Positions 1 through 12,297 are shown, numbered from the stretch's first letter. The stretch: 49,681 bases of DNA from Hormoscilla sp. (GCA_051439505.1 JBFRWI010000112.1:1-49681); one strand, 5' to 3'. Notes: a model not told the origin generated them from the letters alone. Translations and numbers: made by a program.

Positions 1-314
1 GCCTCCTCTACTTAACAATACCGAAAAATTTATCCTTATTTATACCCCAATAACCCCTTTCTCGTACTGATAATTCCCCTAAAGATGAGAGATGTGTAAG
101 TTTTTAGGTACTTAGTCACAACTCTATCAGATCTTTAACAAAATGGTATAAGCTGTGCGATCGCCCCGACCACCGGTAGCGAAGCACTCTCAACCGCAAC
201 GGGGCAAACGCGCTTTGCGTTTACTACGAACTGCATCAACTACCTAGTTCTTGTAGCCGCACCATTGATGGTGCGGTTTGATCCTGTAGCGAGAGGATAA
301 GCTTGATACTGTAA

Positions 315-1505
<1,191 letters not shown>

Positions 1506-1635
1506 AACCCCCTTCGTCGGGGGCCGCGCCGCCTTTCTCCAGAAGAGTCGCCCCCCCCACAAAAAAATTCCGATCCTCCAAACCCTTGAAAATAGGGGAT
1601 TTTCCGCCTCAGCAAAAAAAATATCAAAAAAACCT

Positions 1636-1663
1636 TTGACATTTACAATTTATGTGTTAGGCT
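1636..1663 (+). promoter_or_regulatory. sigma70-type promoter of the tRNA-Tyr/Thr operon
   Basis: TTGACA-16 nt-TAGGCT preceded by A-tracts, ~20 nt upstream of tRNA-Tyr. Confidence 0.6.
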
Positions 1664-1682
1664 AATCAAGTAAGAAATAAAT

Positions 1683-1764
1683 GGGTCGATGCCCGAGTGG
1701 TTAATGGGGGCGGACTGTAAATCCGCTGGCTACGCCTACGCTGGTTCAAATCCAGCTCGGCCCA
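1683..1764 (+). tRNA. trnY: tRNA-Tyr(GTA)
   Basis: GGGTCGA acceptor stem, GCGGA-CTGTAAA-TCCGC anticodon arm, long variable arm, GGTTCAAATCC T arm. Confidence 0.97.
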
Positions 1765-1791
1765 CCTCAATATAAATTCAGCTTAGATATT

Positions 1792-1863
1792 GCCCGTGTA
1801 GCTCAGTGGTAGAGCACACCCTTGGTAAGGGTGAGGTCACGAGTTCAATCCTCGTCACGGGCT
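1792..1863 (+). tRNA. trnT: tRNA-Thr(GGT)
   Basis: GCCCGTG/CACGGGC acceptor stem, anticodon loop TTGGTAA, GTTCAA T loop; usual Tyr-Thr pair. Confidence 0.97.
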
Positions 1864-1877
1864 TTTTCATGTGTTTG

Positions 1878-1912
1878 CGAATGGCGAATGGCGAATGGCT
1901 AATGGCTAATTG
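1878..1912. repeat. heptamer short tandem repeat (GCGAATG/GCTAATG)n
   Basis: about five tandem 7-mers, STRR-like. Confidence 0.75.
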
Positions 1913-2054
1913 ACAAAAAAGCAACGCCCTCATGTGGTTATGTAGGTTGGGCCCTTGGCCCGCAAACCCCAACCGCGCCATCAATTTCTATGGGGTTTCC
2001 CGGACGCCCCACGGGCAGTTCTTGTCGCCCGCCGGACAGCTCTCAATCAGATAA

Positions 2055-2127
2055 CGCCCTCGGTAGGGTTCGAACCTACGGCCCAGGGATTAGAAATCCC
2101 TTGCTCTATCCACTGAGCTACGAGGGC
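2055..2127 (-). tRNA. trnR: tRNA-Arg(TCT)
   Basis: reverse complement reads GCCCTCGTAGCTCAGTGGATAGAGC...AGGGA-TTTCTAA-TCCCT...GGTTCGAACCC...CGAGGGCG. Confidence 0.95.
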
Positions 2128-2397
2128 AAGTCGCTCTTATCTTTAGTTTACCCCAACATTGACAGTTACCGTGCCTCGATCCTAGATAAAACTGGTTGCA
2201 TCTTGGGTGAGAACTACGTTAAATTATATTAAGATTATGGCTCTTCGGCTTAAAAATCCTCTATAGCTGGCTGCTGGGGAGAAGGGCCGAGAACCGGCAG
2301 TCACCGAAAAAGTCTGTTAAAGACACCCAAATTGGGGTAGAGACCCAAGACATGCGCTCGCACTGTTGTAATCCATATATAGACATCACCGAAGCAG

Positions 2398-4281
2398 ATG
2401 AAAATTTCGTGGAAAGTAATACTGCTATGGACATTACCCGCTTTAGTGATCGGGTTCTTTCTGTGGCAGGGAGCTTTTGGCTCTTCTGGAATTGAGATCG
2501 GTCAGAATACTGCCAGTACCCGCATGACCTATGGTCGCTTCTTAGAATACTTAGATAACGATCGCGTGAGAAGCGTAGACCTCTATGAGAATGGCAGGAC
2601 CGCAATAGTCGCAGCGGTAGATCAGTTAAACAACCAGATCCAGCAATGGCGGGTGGATCTGCCAGCTAATTCTCCGGAACTGGTTTCTAAGCTCAGAGAG
2701 GCGAAAGTCAGCTTTGACATCCATCCGCCTCGCAATGAAGGCGCTATCTGGGGACTGCTGGGGAATCTCATTTTTCCGGTACTGTTGATCGCTGGGCTGT
2801 TTTTGCTGTTCCGGCGCTCCAGTAACGTGCCTGGTGGCCCAGGACAAGCGATGAATTTTGCCAAGTCAAAAGCTCGTTTCCAGATGGAAGCGAAAACCGG
2901 CGTCATGTTTGATGATGTCGCTGGCATTGAGGAAGCGAAAGAAGAACTTCAAGAAGTGGTGACGTTCCTGAAAAAGCCCGAACGCTTTACCGCTGTGGGG
3001 GCCCGGATCCCCAAGGGGGTGCTCTTAGTGGGGCCTCCCGGTACTGGGAAAACTCTCTTGGCAAAGGCGATCGCGGGAGAAGCGGGAGTACCGTTCTTCA
3101 GCATCTCGGGTTCGGAATTTGTGGAAATGTTCGTAGGCGTAGGGGCCTCCCGGGTACGAGACCTGTTCAAGAAAGCGAAGGAAAACGCTCCTTGCATCAT
3201 CTTTATCGATGAAATTGATGCCGTCGGACGCCAGCGGGGCGCCGGTATTGGCGGGGGTAATGACGAACGGGAGCAAACTCTCAACCAACTGCTGACCGAA
3301 ATGGATGGATTTGAGGGCAATGCCGGGATTATCATTATTGCTGCCACTAACCGACCGGATGTACTGGACTCGGCCTTACTGCGACCGGGTCGCTTCGATC
3401 GCCAGGTAACGGTGGACTCCCCGGATATCAAGGGACGCCTGGAAATCCTGGACGTCCATGCCCGGAATAAAAAGCTAGCTCCCGAAATTTCCCTGGAGGC
3501 GATCGCCCGTCGGACGCCGGGATTTACCGGGGCAGATCTGTCCAACTTGCTGAACGAAGCGGCGATTTTAACAGCCCGGCGTCGCAAGGAGGCGATCACC
3601 ATGCTGGAAATCAACGATGCTGTAGACCGAGTGGTGGCTGGGATGGAAGGCACGCCCTTGGTAGACTCGAAGAGCAAGCGCCTGATTGCCTATCACGAAC
3701 TGGGACATGCGATCGTCGGTACTCTGCTCAAAGATCACGACCCCGTACAGAAAGTTACCCTGATTCCGCGCGGTCAAGCTCAAGGTTTAACCTGGTTTAC
3801 TCCCAGCGAAGATCAGAGTTTAGTATCCAGGGCCCAGTTGATGGCTCGGATTACCGGTGCTCTGGGGGGCCGTGCCGCCGAAGACGTGATCTTTGGAGAT
3901 GCGGAAGTGACCACAGGTGCTGGTAATGACCTGCAACAGGTGACGGGAATGGCCCGGCAGATGGTAACTCGTTTCGGCATGTCCGATCTAGGCCCCCTGT
4001 CACTGGAAAGCCAAACTGGTGAAGTATTTTTGGGTCGCGACCTGATGAGTCGATCGGAATATTCTGAAGAGATTGCCTCTCGCATCGATGCTCAAGTCCG
4101 CTCCATTGTCGAGCATTGCTACGACGATGCCAAACGGATGATCCGGGAAAACCGAACCGCGATCGATCGCCTAGTTGATTTACTGATTGACAGGGAAACG
4201 ATTGACGGCGAAGAGTTCCGGCAGATCGTGGCCGAGTACGCCATTGTCCCGGAGAAGGAGCAGTACGTGCCCCATATTTAA
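2398..4281 (+). CDS. ftsH2: ATP-dependent zinc metalloprotease FtsH (FtsH2 type)
   Basis: two TM helices, GPPGTGKT Walker [25 protein letters not shown] zinc motif; [15 protein letters not shown] is typical of FtsH2. Confidence 0.95.
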   Translation: MKISWKVILLWTLPALVIGFFLWQGAFGSSGIEIGQNTASTRMTYGRFLEYLDNDRVRSVDLYENGRTAIVAAVDQLNNQIQQWRVDLPANSPELVSKLREAKVSFDIHPPRNEGAIWGLLGNLIFPVLLIAGLFLLFRRSSNVPGGPGQAMNFAKSKARFQMEAKTGVMFDDVAGIEEAKEELQEVVTFLKKPERFTAVGARIPKGVLLVGPPGTGKTLLAKAIAGEAGVPFFSISGSEFVEMFVGVGASRVRDLFKKAKENAPCIIFIDEIDAVGRQRGAGIGGGNDEREQTLNQLLTEMDGFEGNAGIIIIAATNRPDVLDSALLRPGRFDRQVTVDSPDIKGRLEILDVHARNKKLAPEISLEAIARRTPGFTGADLSNLLNEAAILTARRRKEAITMLEINDAVDRVVAGMEGTPLVDSKSKRLIAYHELGHAIVGTLLKDHDPVQKVTLIPRGQAQGLTWFTPSEDQSLVSRAQLMARITGALGGRAAEDVIFGDAEVTTGAGNDLQQVTGMARQMVTRFGMSDLGPLSLESQTGEVFLGRDLMSRSEYSEEIASRIDAQVRSIVEHCYDDAKRMIRENRTAIDRLVDLLIDRETIDGEEFRQIVAEYAIVPEKEQYVPHI

Positions 4282-4332
4282 CTCCGAGTCGCGATCGCGT
4301 AGCGCCTTCGCGCGGCAAATCATCTGTTAAGT

Positions 4333-4361
4333 CCCTGGGGCGATCGCCCCAGGGGCTTTTG
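4333..4361 (+). terminator. hairpin terminator centred on a HIP1 site
   Basis: perfect palindrome CCCTGGGGCGATCGCCCCAGGG followed by GCTTTT, downstream of ftsH2. Confidence 0.65.
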
Positions 4362-4415
4362 ATGTATCTGTCAGAATGATAGAGAAGATTTAATCATCTC
4401 CAAGATGCTTATCCC

Positions 4416-5996
4416 GTGATTGAGGTAAAAGTCCATCAGCAACTCCGCGCCTTTCTGCGCGGGTCTGGAGAACCTTCCTGGCCCCATCAGTTAACCATGG
4501 CCCGGCTAGTAGCGCGTGCTTTACGACTAGGTCGCAGTGCCCTAATTCAGACTGGCGTCCCCTGTAACTATCAAGGGCGTCATCGCCTGAGTTATTTACT
4601 ACCAGTGCTCATGTGGTCAGAACCAGCGGTCGTGGTGGCACCGTCGGACGTGCAGCAACGTCTGCTGATGGTGGAAATTCCCCGGTTGCAGCAGTGGATG
4701 GGTACGCGATGTGCTCGGGGTAGTGCGAGTAGCGCGCCCCGAGCACATCGAACCAAACCAATTAGAACTGGGACGAGTTGGCCTGGTGCTGATTTCACGG
4801 GACTGCTGCTGACGACCCCTGATGCTTGGTTGCAAGACCGCTTACTTGGACAAGAGCGATTTCCCCCTGGCATTCCCACCATTCTAGACGGGGTAGACGA
4901 TCTAGAAGTCTGGACTCGCAAGCAACTGATGGTCTGTATGGGACCAGCAGATTGGCATGAAGTGATGCTGGCCTTTCCCCACCAAACCGAAATCATCCGG
5001 GATGCCAGGGTGCAGCTAACGCGGGCAGTGTTTCAGCATCCCCCTTCTCCCTACGAGTGCTGGGAGATCGACAGCGAGACAATAGTAATTTTGCAGCGCC
5101 TGTACGAGTCTTTACTCGCAGACAATGCCCTAGCAATGCCAGATGCTTTTCGGAATTTTGCCGAGGGTTTGTATAGTGAAGAACAGTTGATTTGGGCAGA
5201 AATTGTCCGGTCTCAAGGTCGGTTTTCTCTCTATCGCGGCCCGGTGCAGGTGAGAGATGCCCTCACCCCGATCTGGCCCCAACAGCCAGTGGTGTTGATT
5301 GGTGGTGCTTTGGATCTGGAAGCTTCAGCCCCTGTCTATTGCGCTGGGATGGGTTTGACAGATTTAACTACTCTGAAGTTCTCTGCCGATCGCCACAGTG
5401 AACTGATTTATCTGTACCTGCCTGAAGGACTGCCCCTGCCCAATACCGCTCAATTTCAGGTCTGTTTGCTTCAAGAAATCCGCTCTCTGCTGGCAATAAG
5501 CGCAGTTGGTGAGGGTTTAACGGTAATTTTGATCGGTGACGTGCCCCTGAAGGATCGAATAGGTGCGGTGCTAGCGGCGGACTTTGGCTCTCGGGTACAA
5601 GTGGAGAAGACTTCCCTGGATGATAATGGCATTTTAGTGACGGGTTGGGAGTTCTGGCGTCAGCATCAGGCCAGTTTACCTGCTCCCATGCTGCTGGCGA
5701 TCGCCACTTTACCCATTCCTTCTCTAGAACACCCCCTAGTAGCTGGTCGCGTGGCTTACTATAAACGCAAACGTCTCGATTGGTTTCGCCTCTACCTGTT
5801 GCCCGTGGCTCTCAACCAGTTACAATGGGCGATCGCCCCTGTACGAGAAAGGCTTGGTATCGTCGCCCTGCTGGATAGCCGCGTCATCCACCGCAGCTAC
5901 GGGCAGTCAGTGCTTGCAGCCCTAGGCCCCCTGGCACGGATTAATTACTTAGACGCCAGCTGGTTTACCCGCTCCGATTACTCTATTGCAGATTGA
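4416..5996 (+). CDS. DinG-like helicase C-terminal domain protein (cyanobacterial family)
   Basis: WPHQLTMARLVARALRLGRSALIQ N-terminus, LPIPSLEHPLVAGRV and LDSRV..RSYG C-terminal motifs; no canonical Walker A. Confidence 0.8.
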   Translation: MIEVKVHQQLRAFLRGSGEPSWPHQLTMARLVARALRLGRSALIQTGVPCNYQGRHRLSYLLPVLMWSEPAVVVAPSDVQQRLLMVEIPRLQQWMGTRCARGSASSAPRAHRTKPIRTGTSWPGADFTGLLLTTPDAWLQDRLLGQERFPPGIPTILDGVDDLEVWTRKQLMVCMGPADWHEVMLAFPHQTEIIRDARVQLTRAVFQHPPSPYECWEIDSETIVILQRLYESLLADNALAMPDAFRNFAEGLYSEEQLIWAEIVRSQGRFSLYRGPVQVRDALTPIWPQQPVVLIGGALDLEASAPVYCAGMGLTDLTTLKFSADRHSELIYLYLPEGLPLPNTAQFQVCLLQEIRSLLAISAVGEGLTVILIGDVPLKDRIGAVLAADFGSRVQVEKTSLDDNGILVTGWEFWRQHQASLPAPMLLAIATLPIPSLEHPLVAGRVAYYKRKRLDWFRLYLLPVALNQLQWAIAPVRERLGIVALLDSRVIHRSYGQSVLAALGPLARINYLDASWFTRSDYSIAD

Positions 5997-6099
5997 TTAT
6001 ATTTTACTCCTCAAAAGCCCAAAAATAAAACAAATTGCGGTCTTTCAAGTAAAAACGCTATCATCAAAAAGTAATTCTTATATGTGATTATTGCCAGTC

Positions 6100-6315
6100 A
6101 TGGGTGAAGCTAAGCGTCGGAAAGCAGCACTAGGAGACAAATACGGTCAAGAACCCACTATTCTTCCCTGGCTGCCGATTACCAAGAGCCAAGCTGATAA
6201 GTTCATGAAATGGACGACCAAAGGAGCTTGGATCGGGATTGGAGTGATGATTGCAGTTTGGGTAACAGTGCGATTTATTGGCCCCGGGTTAGGTTTGTGG
6301 GAAGTTAATTTCTGA
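6100..6315 (+). CDS. DUF2839 family small membrane protein
   Basis: MGEAKRRK...ILPWLPITKSQA..F.KWTTKGAWIGIG. Confidence 0.85.
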   Translation: MGEAKRRKAALGDKYGQEPTILPWLPITKSQADKFMKWTTKGAWIGIGVMIAVWVTVRFIGPGLGLWEVNF

Positions 6316-6604
6316 GATGATAACGGCGGGCGTGACGGGTGTTGCTTCAACTCAAGCAGAGAAGAGGCAACCATCACCCTACCGTTAGTTTCCAGACCCC
6401 CGATCGCTCGTCGTACTCTATGCCTTTTCTTATGAAATAGATTAGCTATGCTAATGCACGGCAGCGGGCAATTAATCGTTAAATTTTGTAAACTAAATCA
6501 GTTAGGTGCAATTGTTAAATAGCCATTGCAGGAGGTGAATTATTGATCGATCGTAAACTATCGGCTACAGGTCGCAACTATCTGGTAGGAGGAGGAAAAA
6601 AAAG

Positions 6605-6958
6605 GTGTTTATCAGACTGGCAGAGCAACACCGGCAATTTGTGCAAGACTTGGTGATGAGCCTGCAAGCTCTGGCGATCGTGCTGGAGCGCAGGGGATAC
6701 CTGGCATCTTGCTATACTTGCGGTGGCCAAATGAATAGTGCTTCGTTTATGGTCAGCCTGGGAGATAATCATCTAATTAGATTTTTAGTATCCGACTATG
6801 GCATCACCTGGACGGAAATGCGGGACGATCGGGAATTAATGAAGCTCGAAGGAGCAGAAGCAATTAGTCAGTTACAGGAGTTGGCGAATTTAATCAAATT
6901 CCCCAGCCAACTGACAGAAAAACAGGAGGTTCGCCCTGCTTTTGAGTTAGTATCTTGA
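6605..6958 (+). CDS. DUF1815 family protein
   Basis: MFIRLAEQHRQFVQDLVMSLQALA...ASCYTCG; strong SD GGAGGAGG. Confidence 0.85.
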   Translation: MFIRLAEQHRQFVQDLVMSLQALAIVLERRGYLASCYTCGGQMNSASFMVSLGDNHLIRFLVSDYGITWTEMRDDRELMKLEGAEAISQLQELANLIKFPSQLTEKQEVRPAFELVS

Positions 6959-6989
6959 TAGGTTAGAGCGGGCACATCACTCCAAAAAC

Positions 6990-7167
6990 AGGGGCGAAGC
7001 ATACTGATCTGTAAGATCGCTTATAGCTGTTCTTACATTTACTGCCAGAATGCTTCGCCTCTACTATTTGCCAAACCGGGTGCATCTCAATGCACGCACG
7101 GGCGAAGCATTCTGGCCATAATTTTGTCGTCTTCTGCGATCATTTTACTGCCAGAATGCTTCGCCCC
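6990..7167. repeat. two REP-like long hairpins (GGGCGAAGCAT...ATGCTTCGCCC)
   Basis: units at 6990-7064 and 7100-7167 between convergent genes; a third copy at 26695-26768. Confidence 0.8.
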
Positions 7168-7192
7168 GCCAAACCTCATCACTGGTTGGTTG

Positions 7193-8326
7193 CTAGAGTT
7201 CTAATTCTACTGGCTCTTCAACTAACTCTTCAACTAAATCTTCTTCTGATTCCATTTCTTCTATCGGTTTTGATTTTCCTGGAAGCCCCCGCAATGCTCC
7301 CATATCCAACTGTTGACGCACCTGTTGTTCGATGTCGCGAGCAAATTCGGGGTTTTCTTCCATATATTTTATGGTATTGTCGCGACCCTGAGCGATGTTA
7401 TCGCCATTGTAGCTAAACCAGGATCCCTTCTTGGTAATGATGCCAAGTTCTTCTGCCAGATCCAGGATGCAGCCGAGGGTGGAAATGCCTTTGCCGAAAA
7501 TGATATCAAATTCAGCGATCCGAAAGGGCGGAGCTACTTTGTTTTTAGCAACTTTGACTTTGGCCCGAATGCCGTATTCTTCGGAACCCTTTTTCAAGGT
7601 TTGAGTGCGGCGAATATCCAGTCGCACGGAGCAATAGAATTTAAGGGCGTTGCCTCCTGTGGTGGTTTCGGGACTGCCGTAAATAACGCCGATTTTTTGA
7701 CGCAACTGGTTGAGGAATATGACCGTGCAGCCGGATTTGCCGATGTTACCGGTGATTTTCCGTAGGGCTTGGCTCATTAAACGGGCTTGGGCACCCATGG
7801 GCGCGTCCCCCATGTCCCCTTCTATTTCTGACCTGGGCACTAGGGCTGCTACTGAGTCTACTACCACGATGTCTACGGCGGACGATCGCACGAGCTGATC
7901 CACCACTTCTAAGGCCATTTCACCGGTATCCGGTTGGGAAATTAGGAGGTTGGCGATATCCACTCCTAAGGTGGCAGAGTAGGTGGGGTCCAGGGCATGT
8001 TCTGCATCCACGAAGGCGGCGATCCCGCCGGTCTTTTGCACTTCCGCGATCGCGTGGAGTGCGAGGGTAGTTTTACCGGAACTTTCTGGGCCATAGATTT
8101 CAATCACCCGACCTTTAGGCAACCCACCCCCCAATGCCAAGTCCAGCGTGAGAGCACCGCTAGGAATGGTTTCCACTTTCATGCGTCCGGCGTCACCCAG
8201 GCGCATAATGGCCCCTTTACCAAAGTCCTTCTCAATCTTGTTGAGGACCATCTTCAGGGCTTTTTCTTTCTCGGGATTTTTAGCGGTTTGTTCCACGGTT
8301 GGTTGCGCGGCCATTTTTTTACTCAT
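7193..8326 (-). CDS. recA: recombinase RecA
   Basis: [44 protein letters not shown]; acidic C-terminal tail. Confidence 0.99.
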   Translation of the reverse strand: MSKKMAAQPTVEQTAKNPEKEKALKMVLNKIEKDFGKGAIMRLGDAGRMKVETIPSGALTLDLALGGGLPKGRVIEIYGPESSGKTTLALHAIAEVQKTGGIAAFVDAEHALDPTYSATLGVDIANLLISQPDTGEMALEVVDQLVRSSAVDIVVVDSVAALVPRSEIEGDMGDAPMGAQARLMSQALRKITGNIGKSGCTVIFLNQLRQKIGVIYGSPETTTGGNALKFYCSVRLDIRRTQTLKKGSEEYGIRAKVKVAKNKVAPPFRIAEFDIIFGKGISTLGCILDLAEELGIITKKGSWFSYNGDNIAQGRDNTIKYMEENPEFARDIEQQVRQQLDMGALRGLPGKSKPIEEMESEEDLVEELVEEPVELEL

Positions 8327-8728
8327 TGGGTATTTCCTGGCTTATGTACTTTGAGCACGACTGTCCTCTCGATCTAATTTAACACGTGTTGACTTAATCA
8401 TCAACCTCATCTTCGCTCTAATTTGGAAACCAAAGCCTTGGGGTCGATTTTATTGCATAAATCATCAATGGGTGGTATGGCGGAAACTGCGATCGCATTG
8501 GTTCGAGTGCTGGTGGTGGGTTAGGAAACTGCCGGTAGCATAACAGGGACCGGCAGTGGGGAGTGCTGAGTATGTGTACTCATGGCCGGAAACAAATTAG
8601 CGGAGGGTTTCTAATTAGCGCCTTGAAGGGCAAAATGGCCGCGATCGCGAATGAACAGCATTGAATTAAATGCTAAGATAATCATATAAGTTGGTTACTG
8701 AAAGTTAGCATCACTTAATCAATGAACT

Positions 8729-9943
8729 ATGACCCAACAAGAACATTCTCCCAAATCAGTCCCCCGCATTGAATCTCTGAAGGTCAAAAATTATCGTACA
8801 CTGCGGGACTTAGAACTAAAGAATATTACACCCTTAACAGTGCTTCTCGGTCCTAATGGCAGTGGCAAGTCCACCATCTTCGATCTGTTTGCGTTCCTGT
8901 CAGAGTGTTTTTCTGTCGGGTTACGAAAAGCATGGGACAAACGCGGCAGGTTCAGGGAACTGCGCAGCCGTGGTGCTGAAGGGCCAATTGTCATAGAATT
9001 AAAATATCGCGAAACGCCCGATCGGGCAATAATCACCTATCATTTAGCTATTGATGAAAACGGCAAAGGACCATACGTCGCGGAAGAGTGGCTGCAATGG
9101 AGAAGAGGACAAAGAGGGAAGCCATTCCGGTTTCTTAATTTCCAAGAAGGTGCCGGACGAGTCGTCACTGGCGAGATGCCAGATGAACAGGATGAGAGAA
9201 TTGAAGAACAGCTAGCTTCCTCAGAAATGCTGGCAGTTAACAGCCTAGGTCAGTTTGCCAAGTACCCCATTCTCAGCGCCCTGCGCAACTTTATTACTAG
9301 CTGGTATTTGTCCCACATCACCGCCGATAATACGCGCAGTCTTCCGGAAGCAGGACCGCAAGAACGGTTATCAGCCACTGGCGACAACCTGCCTAATGTG
9401 ATTCAATACCTCAAAGAACAACACCCCGATCGACTAGATAAGATTGTACAAATCATATCCAAAATGGTGCCCCGACTGGAGAAAGTAGAATCGGAAATGA
9501 TGGGAGATGGGCGGTTGTTATTGCAGATTAAAGATGCCCCCTTTGCCCAACCAATTCTCGCCAAGTTTGCTTCTGATGGGACGCTGAAAATGCTTGCATA
9601 CCTGACGGTTCTTTATGACCCAGAACCGCCACAAATGGTCGGTATTGAGGAACCAGAAAATCATCTGCATCCTCGCTTGTTGTTAGAACTAGGAGAGGAA
9701 TGTAGGTTAGGATCTTCCAACACCCAATTGATGGTAACGACCCATTCTCCCTTCTTTATCAACGAACTCAGACCAGAAGAACTGTGGGTGCTGTATCGAG
9801 ATGAAGAAGGTTATACCCGAGGGAGGCGAACTGCTGATATGCAAGGGGTTAAGGAATTTCTCCAACATGGTGCCCTCTTAGGAGATCTGTGGATGCAAGA
9901 TTTCTTTGAAGTTGGCAATCCTCTGGTGAATGCTGGTGGTTGA
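8729..9943 (+). CDS. AAA_21/AbiEii-like ABC-type ATPase
   Basis: GPNGSGKST Walker [10 protein letters not shown] signature, [11 protein letters not shown]alker B/D-loop, TTHSP H-loop. Confidence 0.88.
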   Translation: MTQQEHSPKSVPRIESLKVKNYRTLRDLELKNITPLTVLLGPNGSGKSTIFDLFAFLSECFSVGLRKAWDKRGRFRELRSRGAEGPIVIELKYRETPDRAIITYHLAIDENGKGPYVAEEWLQWRRGQRGKPFRFLNFQEGAGRVVTGEMPDEQDERIEEQLASSEMLAVNSLGQFAKYPILSALRNFITSWYLSHITADNTRSLPEAGPQERLSATGDNLPNVIQYLKEQHPDRLDKIVQIISKMVPRLEKVESEMMGDGRLLLQIKDAPFAQPILAKFASDGTLKMLAYLTVLYDPEPPQMVGIEEPENHLHPRLLLELGEECRLGSSNTQLMVTTHSPFFINELRPEELWVLYRDEEGYTRGRRTADMQGVKEFLQHGALLGDLWMQDFFEVGNPLVNAGG

Positions 9944-10036
9944 AAAATTAGAGGCAAGAAAAAGTCAACAGCGGAGTGAGGGAAAATGCACGTTGTGTTA
10001 GTCTAGAGATATAATCAAACCCCGGACTACTATCTA

Positions 10037-10264
10037 TTATCTAACACTCGCTGCCAACTTTTCAGTTGACAAAGGTTGATAATGTAAAAGCATTAATTTT
10101 TTTTCCGTTAAGGTTTCAATAGCATATGCCCGTCCCGTAGTGTCGCTAAATTCTACTTCAAAAACACCGGGTTCGTATTCTTCAACAATGGTTCCGACTT
10201 GACCGCGATATAAACCTATATCTGACAGATCTTCCAGCAAAGCGACGATATCGAGTAATTTCAT
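10037..10264 (-). CDS. DUF4926 family protein
   Basis: MKLLDIVALLEDL...GQVGTIVE...FEVEFSD..GRAYA; SD AGGAGG. Confidence 0.88.
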   Translation of the reverse strand: MKLLDIVALLEDLSDIGLYRGQVGTIVEEYEPGVFEVEFSDTTGRAYAIETLTEKKLMLLHYQPLSTEKLAASVR

Positions 10265-10280
10265 TTTACAACCTCCTAAT

Positions 10281-10613
10281 CTAAAGAACGTAACAAGTGA
10301 CTAAGTGCGGAAGTTTGTCTTCGTTTCTTACTATCCACACGCTGTGAATAATAGCCGTTTTATTTCCGCGATTCATGGAAAAATCAATTATGTATTTTTG
10401 TCCGTACTGGTTGGCTTTATCAGGAATTGCATCATAATTTTTTACCGCGTTTAATAATGCGGCTTGGAGTTCTTCGACATCATCTACGTCAAGATCGAGG
10501 GCCGCCTTAAATACACGAGCTTTGTGTTGACCATCTCCATGATTTTGGTTGAGACAATAACCTGTAAGTTTGCGAGAGTCAATGACGGCTTTTTCTGAGT
10601 TTGGAAGTTTTAC
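10281..10613 (-). CDS. DUF6883 family protein, not in the ORF track; starts at GTA
   Basis: manual translation (V)KLPNSEKAVIDSRKLTGYCLNQNHGDGQHKARVFKAAL...YGQKYIIDF...SVWIVRNEDKLPHLVTCYVL*; G-rich SD upstream; no canonical start near the 5' end. Confidence 0.8.
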   Translation of the reverse strand, partial: VKLPNSEKAVIDSRKLTGYCLNQNHGDGQHKARVFKAALDLDVDDVEELQAALLNAVKNYDAIPDKANQYGQKYIIDFSMNRGNKTAIIHSVWIVRNEDKLPHLVTCYVL

Positions 10614-11049
10614 TTTATCCCCCCAAATATATAGCGTTTCTCAAATAAATTTCCGGTGCGTAACAAATCACTAATCTCCCAGATAAACCTTATTATGATA
10701 TGAAATGCGCGACAGCTTAATAGGCTTACTCTTCCAAGAAAACTGTCTAATCTATCATAACACAGTTATTTGAGAGTTGCAGATGGGAAAGTGACCGATC
10801 GCGTCCTAAAAAAAGCTGCATTTTGGCGACTCGAATATTTGAGATGCCGCGTTTCAGCCTGAGTTTCAGATCTCTGGGATCCGATCCAGGGCGACAGGAG
10901 ACGATCGGGAACTGATTGACAATACGCCAGATGTAAAATATAATATAAATAGGGTGCATCTCAGTTTTGCAAATTGAGCATCGCCAAAAATTAAAAATTG
11001 GGCTATTTACCATTCACAATTTGCCGCCATTCGCAGGGTTTAAATAGAT

Positions 11050-12297
11050 ATGACTTTCCCATTACCGAATCTATTAGTTCAGCAGACACCAGTTTCAGTA
11101 GCAGGATTAACTTCCTATATCCAGACATTACTAGAAGAAGATGACCAACTCAGACAAATATGTGTAACCGGTGAAGTCTTCAGTGCTAACCGCCACTCTA
11201 GCGGGCTATTCTTTACCCTAGGGGATCCAGGCGGTAAAGCAACAATTAGTTGCGTGATCTGGAACAGCTATCTCCACCAACTCTTCAACATGCCAGTAAA
11301 AGGAGAACAGATAATTGTTTTAGGCCATATGCGCGTCTATCCCCCTAGGGGACAATATCAGCTAATGGTCACTCAGGCGTTACCCGCAGGAGAAGGTTTG
11401 CAAGCTTTGCGTTACCGCCAACTGCGCGATCGCCTAGCAGCGGAAGGCTTATTCGACTCCCAAAGAAAGCGCCCTCTCCCCCCTCATCCCCAAACCATTG
11501 CAGTAGTCACCTCACCCCAAGCAGCAGCATGGGGAGATATCCAACGCACCCTCAGACGCCGCTATCCGGGTTTGCAAGTTTTATTCTCCCCCGCCCTTGT
11601 CCAGGGAACGCAAGCCGCCGCTGCCATTGTAGCAGCTATTAAGCGAGTAGAATTCGATGGCAGAGCCGAAGTGCTGATTCTCTCCCGGGGAGGAGGCGCA
11701 GTTGAAGACCTCGCCTGCTTTAATGACGAACGAGTCGTGAAGGCGATCGCCCATTGTCCCATCCCAGTCATAGCTGGCATTGGCCATCAGCGAGACGAGA
11801 CCCTGGCCGACCTAGCAGCGGATGTTTGCGCCTCCACTCCCACCGCCGCCGCCGTTCAAGCTGTACCAGAACTTGCGAGATTAGAAAGAGAACATCTCGA
11901 TCGGACTAACGCCTTAAAAACTGCCGTCAAGCATCAGCTAGAACAGCAGCAAATTAAACTGCAACAGTTCCGTTCCCGACTGCGACGCCTACAACTCGAT
12001 CGACTCTTGCAGCAAGAAACCGAAGCCCTGACCTGGAAGCGTCGGCAGCTAGTACAACTAAGTTATCAGAAAATCCAGCAAGAAAGTCAACACTGCCAGC
12101 ATCTGGGGCAAAAACTAGCAACCCTCGACCCACACAACGTGCTGCAAAGAGGTTATGCTGTAGTCAGGCAAACTGATGGCACTATTATCCGTTCTGACGC
12201 CCGCTTAACAGTTGGCGAGGAATTGCAGATTCAGTTAGGTCGAGGTCAGGTTAAAGTCAAAATCACCGAAATTATTAACTCAACTACAGATGTCTAA
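11050..12297 (+). CDS. xseA: exodeoxyribonuclease VII large subunit
   Basis: OB fold, [40 protein letters not shown]. Confidence 0.96.
   Translation: MTFPLPNLLVQQTPVSVAGLTSYIQTLLEEDDQLRQICVTGEVFSANRHSSGLFFTLGDPGGKATISCVIWNSYLHQLFNMPVKGEQIIVLGHMRVYPPRGQYQLMVTQALPAGEGLQALRYRQLRDRLAAEGLFDSQRKRPLPPHPQTIAVVTSPQAAAWGDIQRTLRRRYPGLQVLFSPALVQGTQAAAAIVAAIKRVEFDGRAEVLILSRGGGAVEDLACFNDERVVKAIAHCPIPVIAGIGHQRDETLADLAADVCASTPTAAAVQAVPELARLEREHLDRTNALKTAVKHQLEQQQIKLQQFRSRLRRLQLDRLLQQETEALTWKRRQLVQLSYQKIQQESQHCQHLGQKLATLDPHNVLQRGYAVVRQTDGTIIRSDARLTVGEELQIQLGRGQVKVKITEIINSTTDV

Noticed and set aside
2949..3677. 242-aa antisense ORF within ftsH2, and similar shadow ORFs over recA, raf1 and dnaX
   Set aside because: Antisense shadows of conserved genes caused by codon bias; no independent features
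8330..8600. LexA box upstream of recA
   Set aside because: GTAC half-sites near 8347 and 8576 do not fit the cyanobacterial RGTAC-N3-DGTWC spacing
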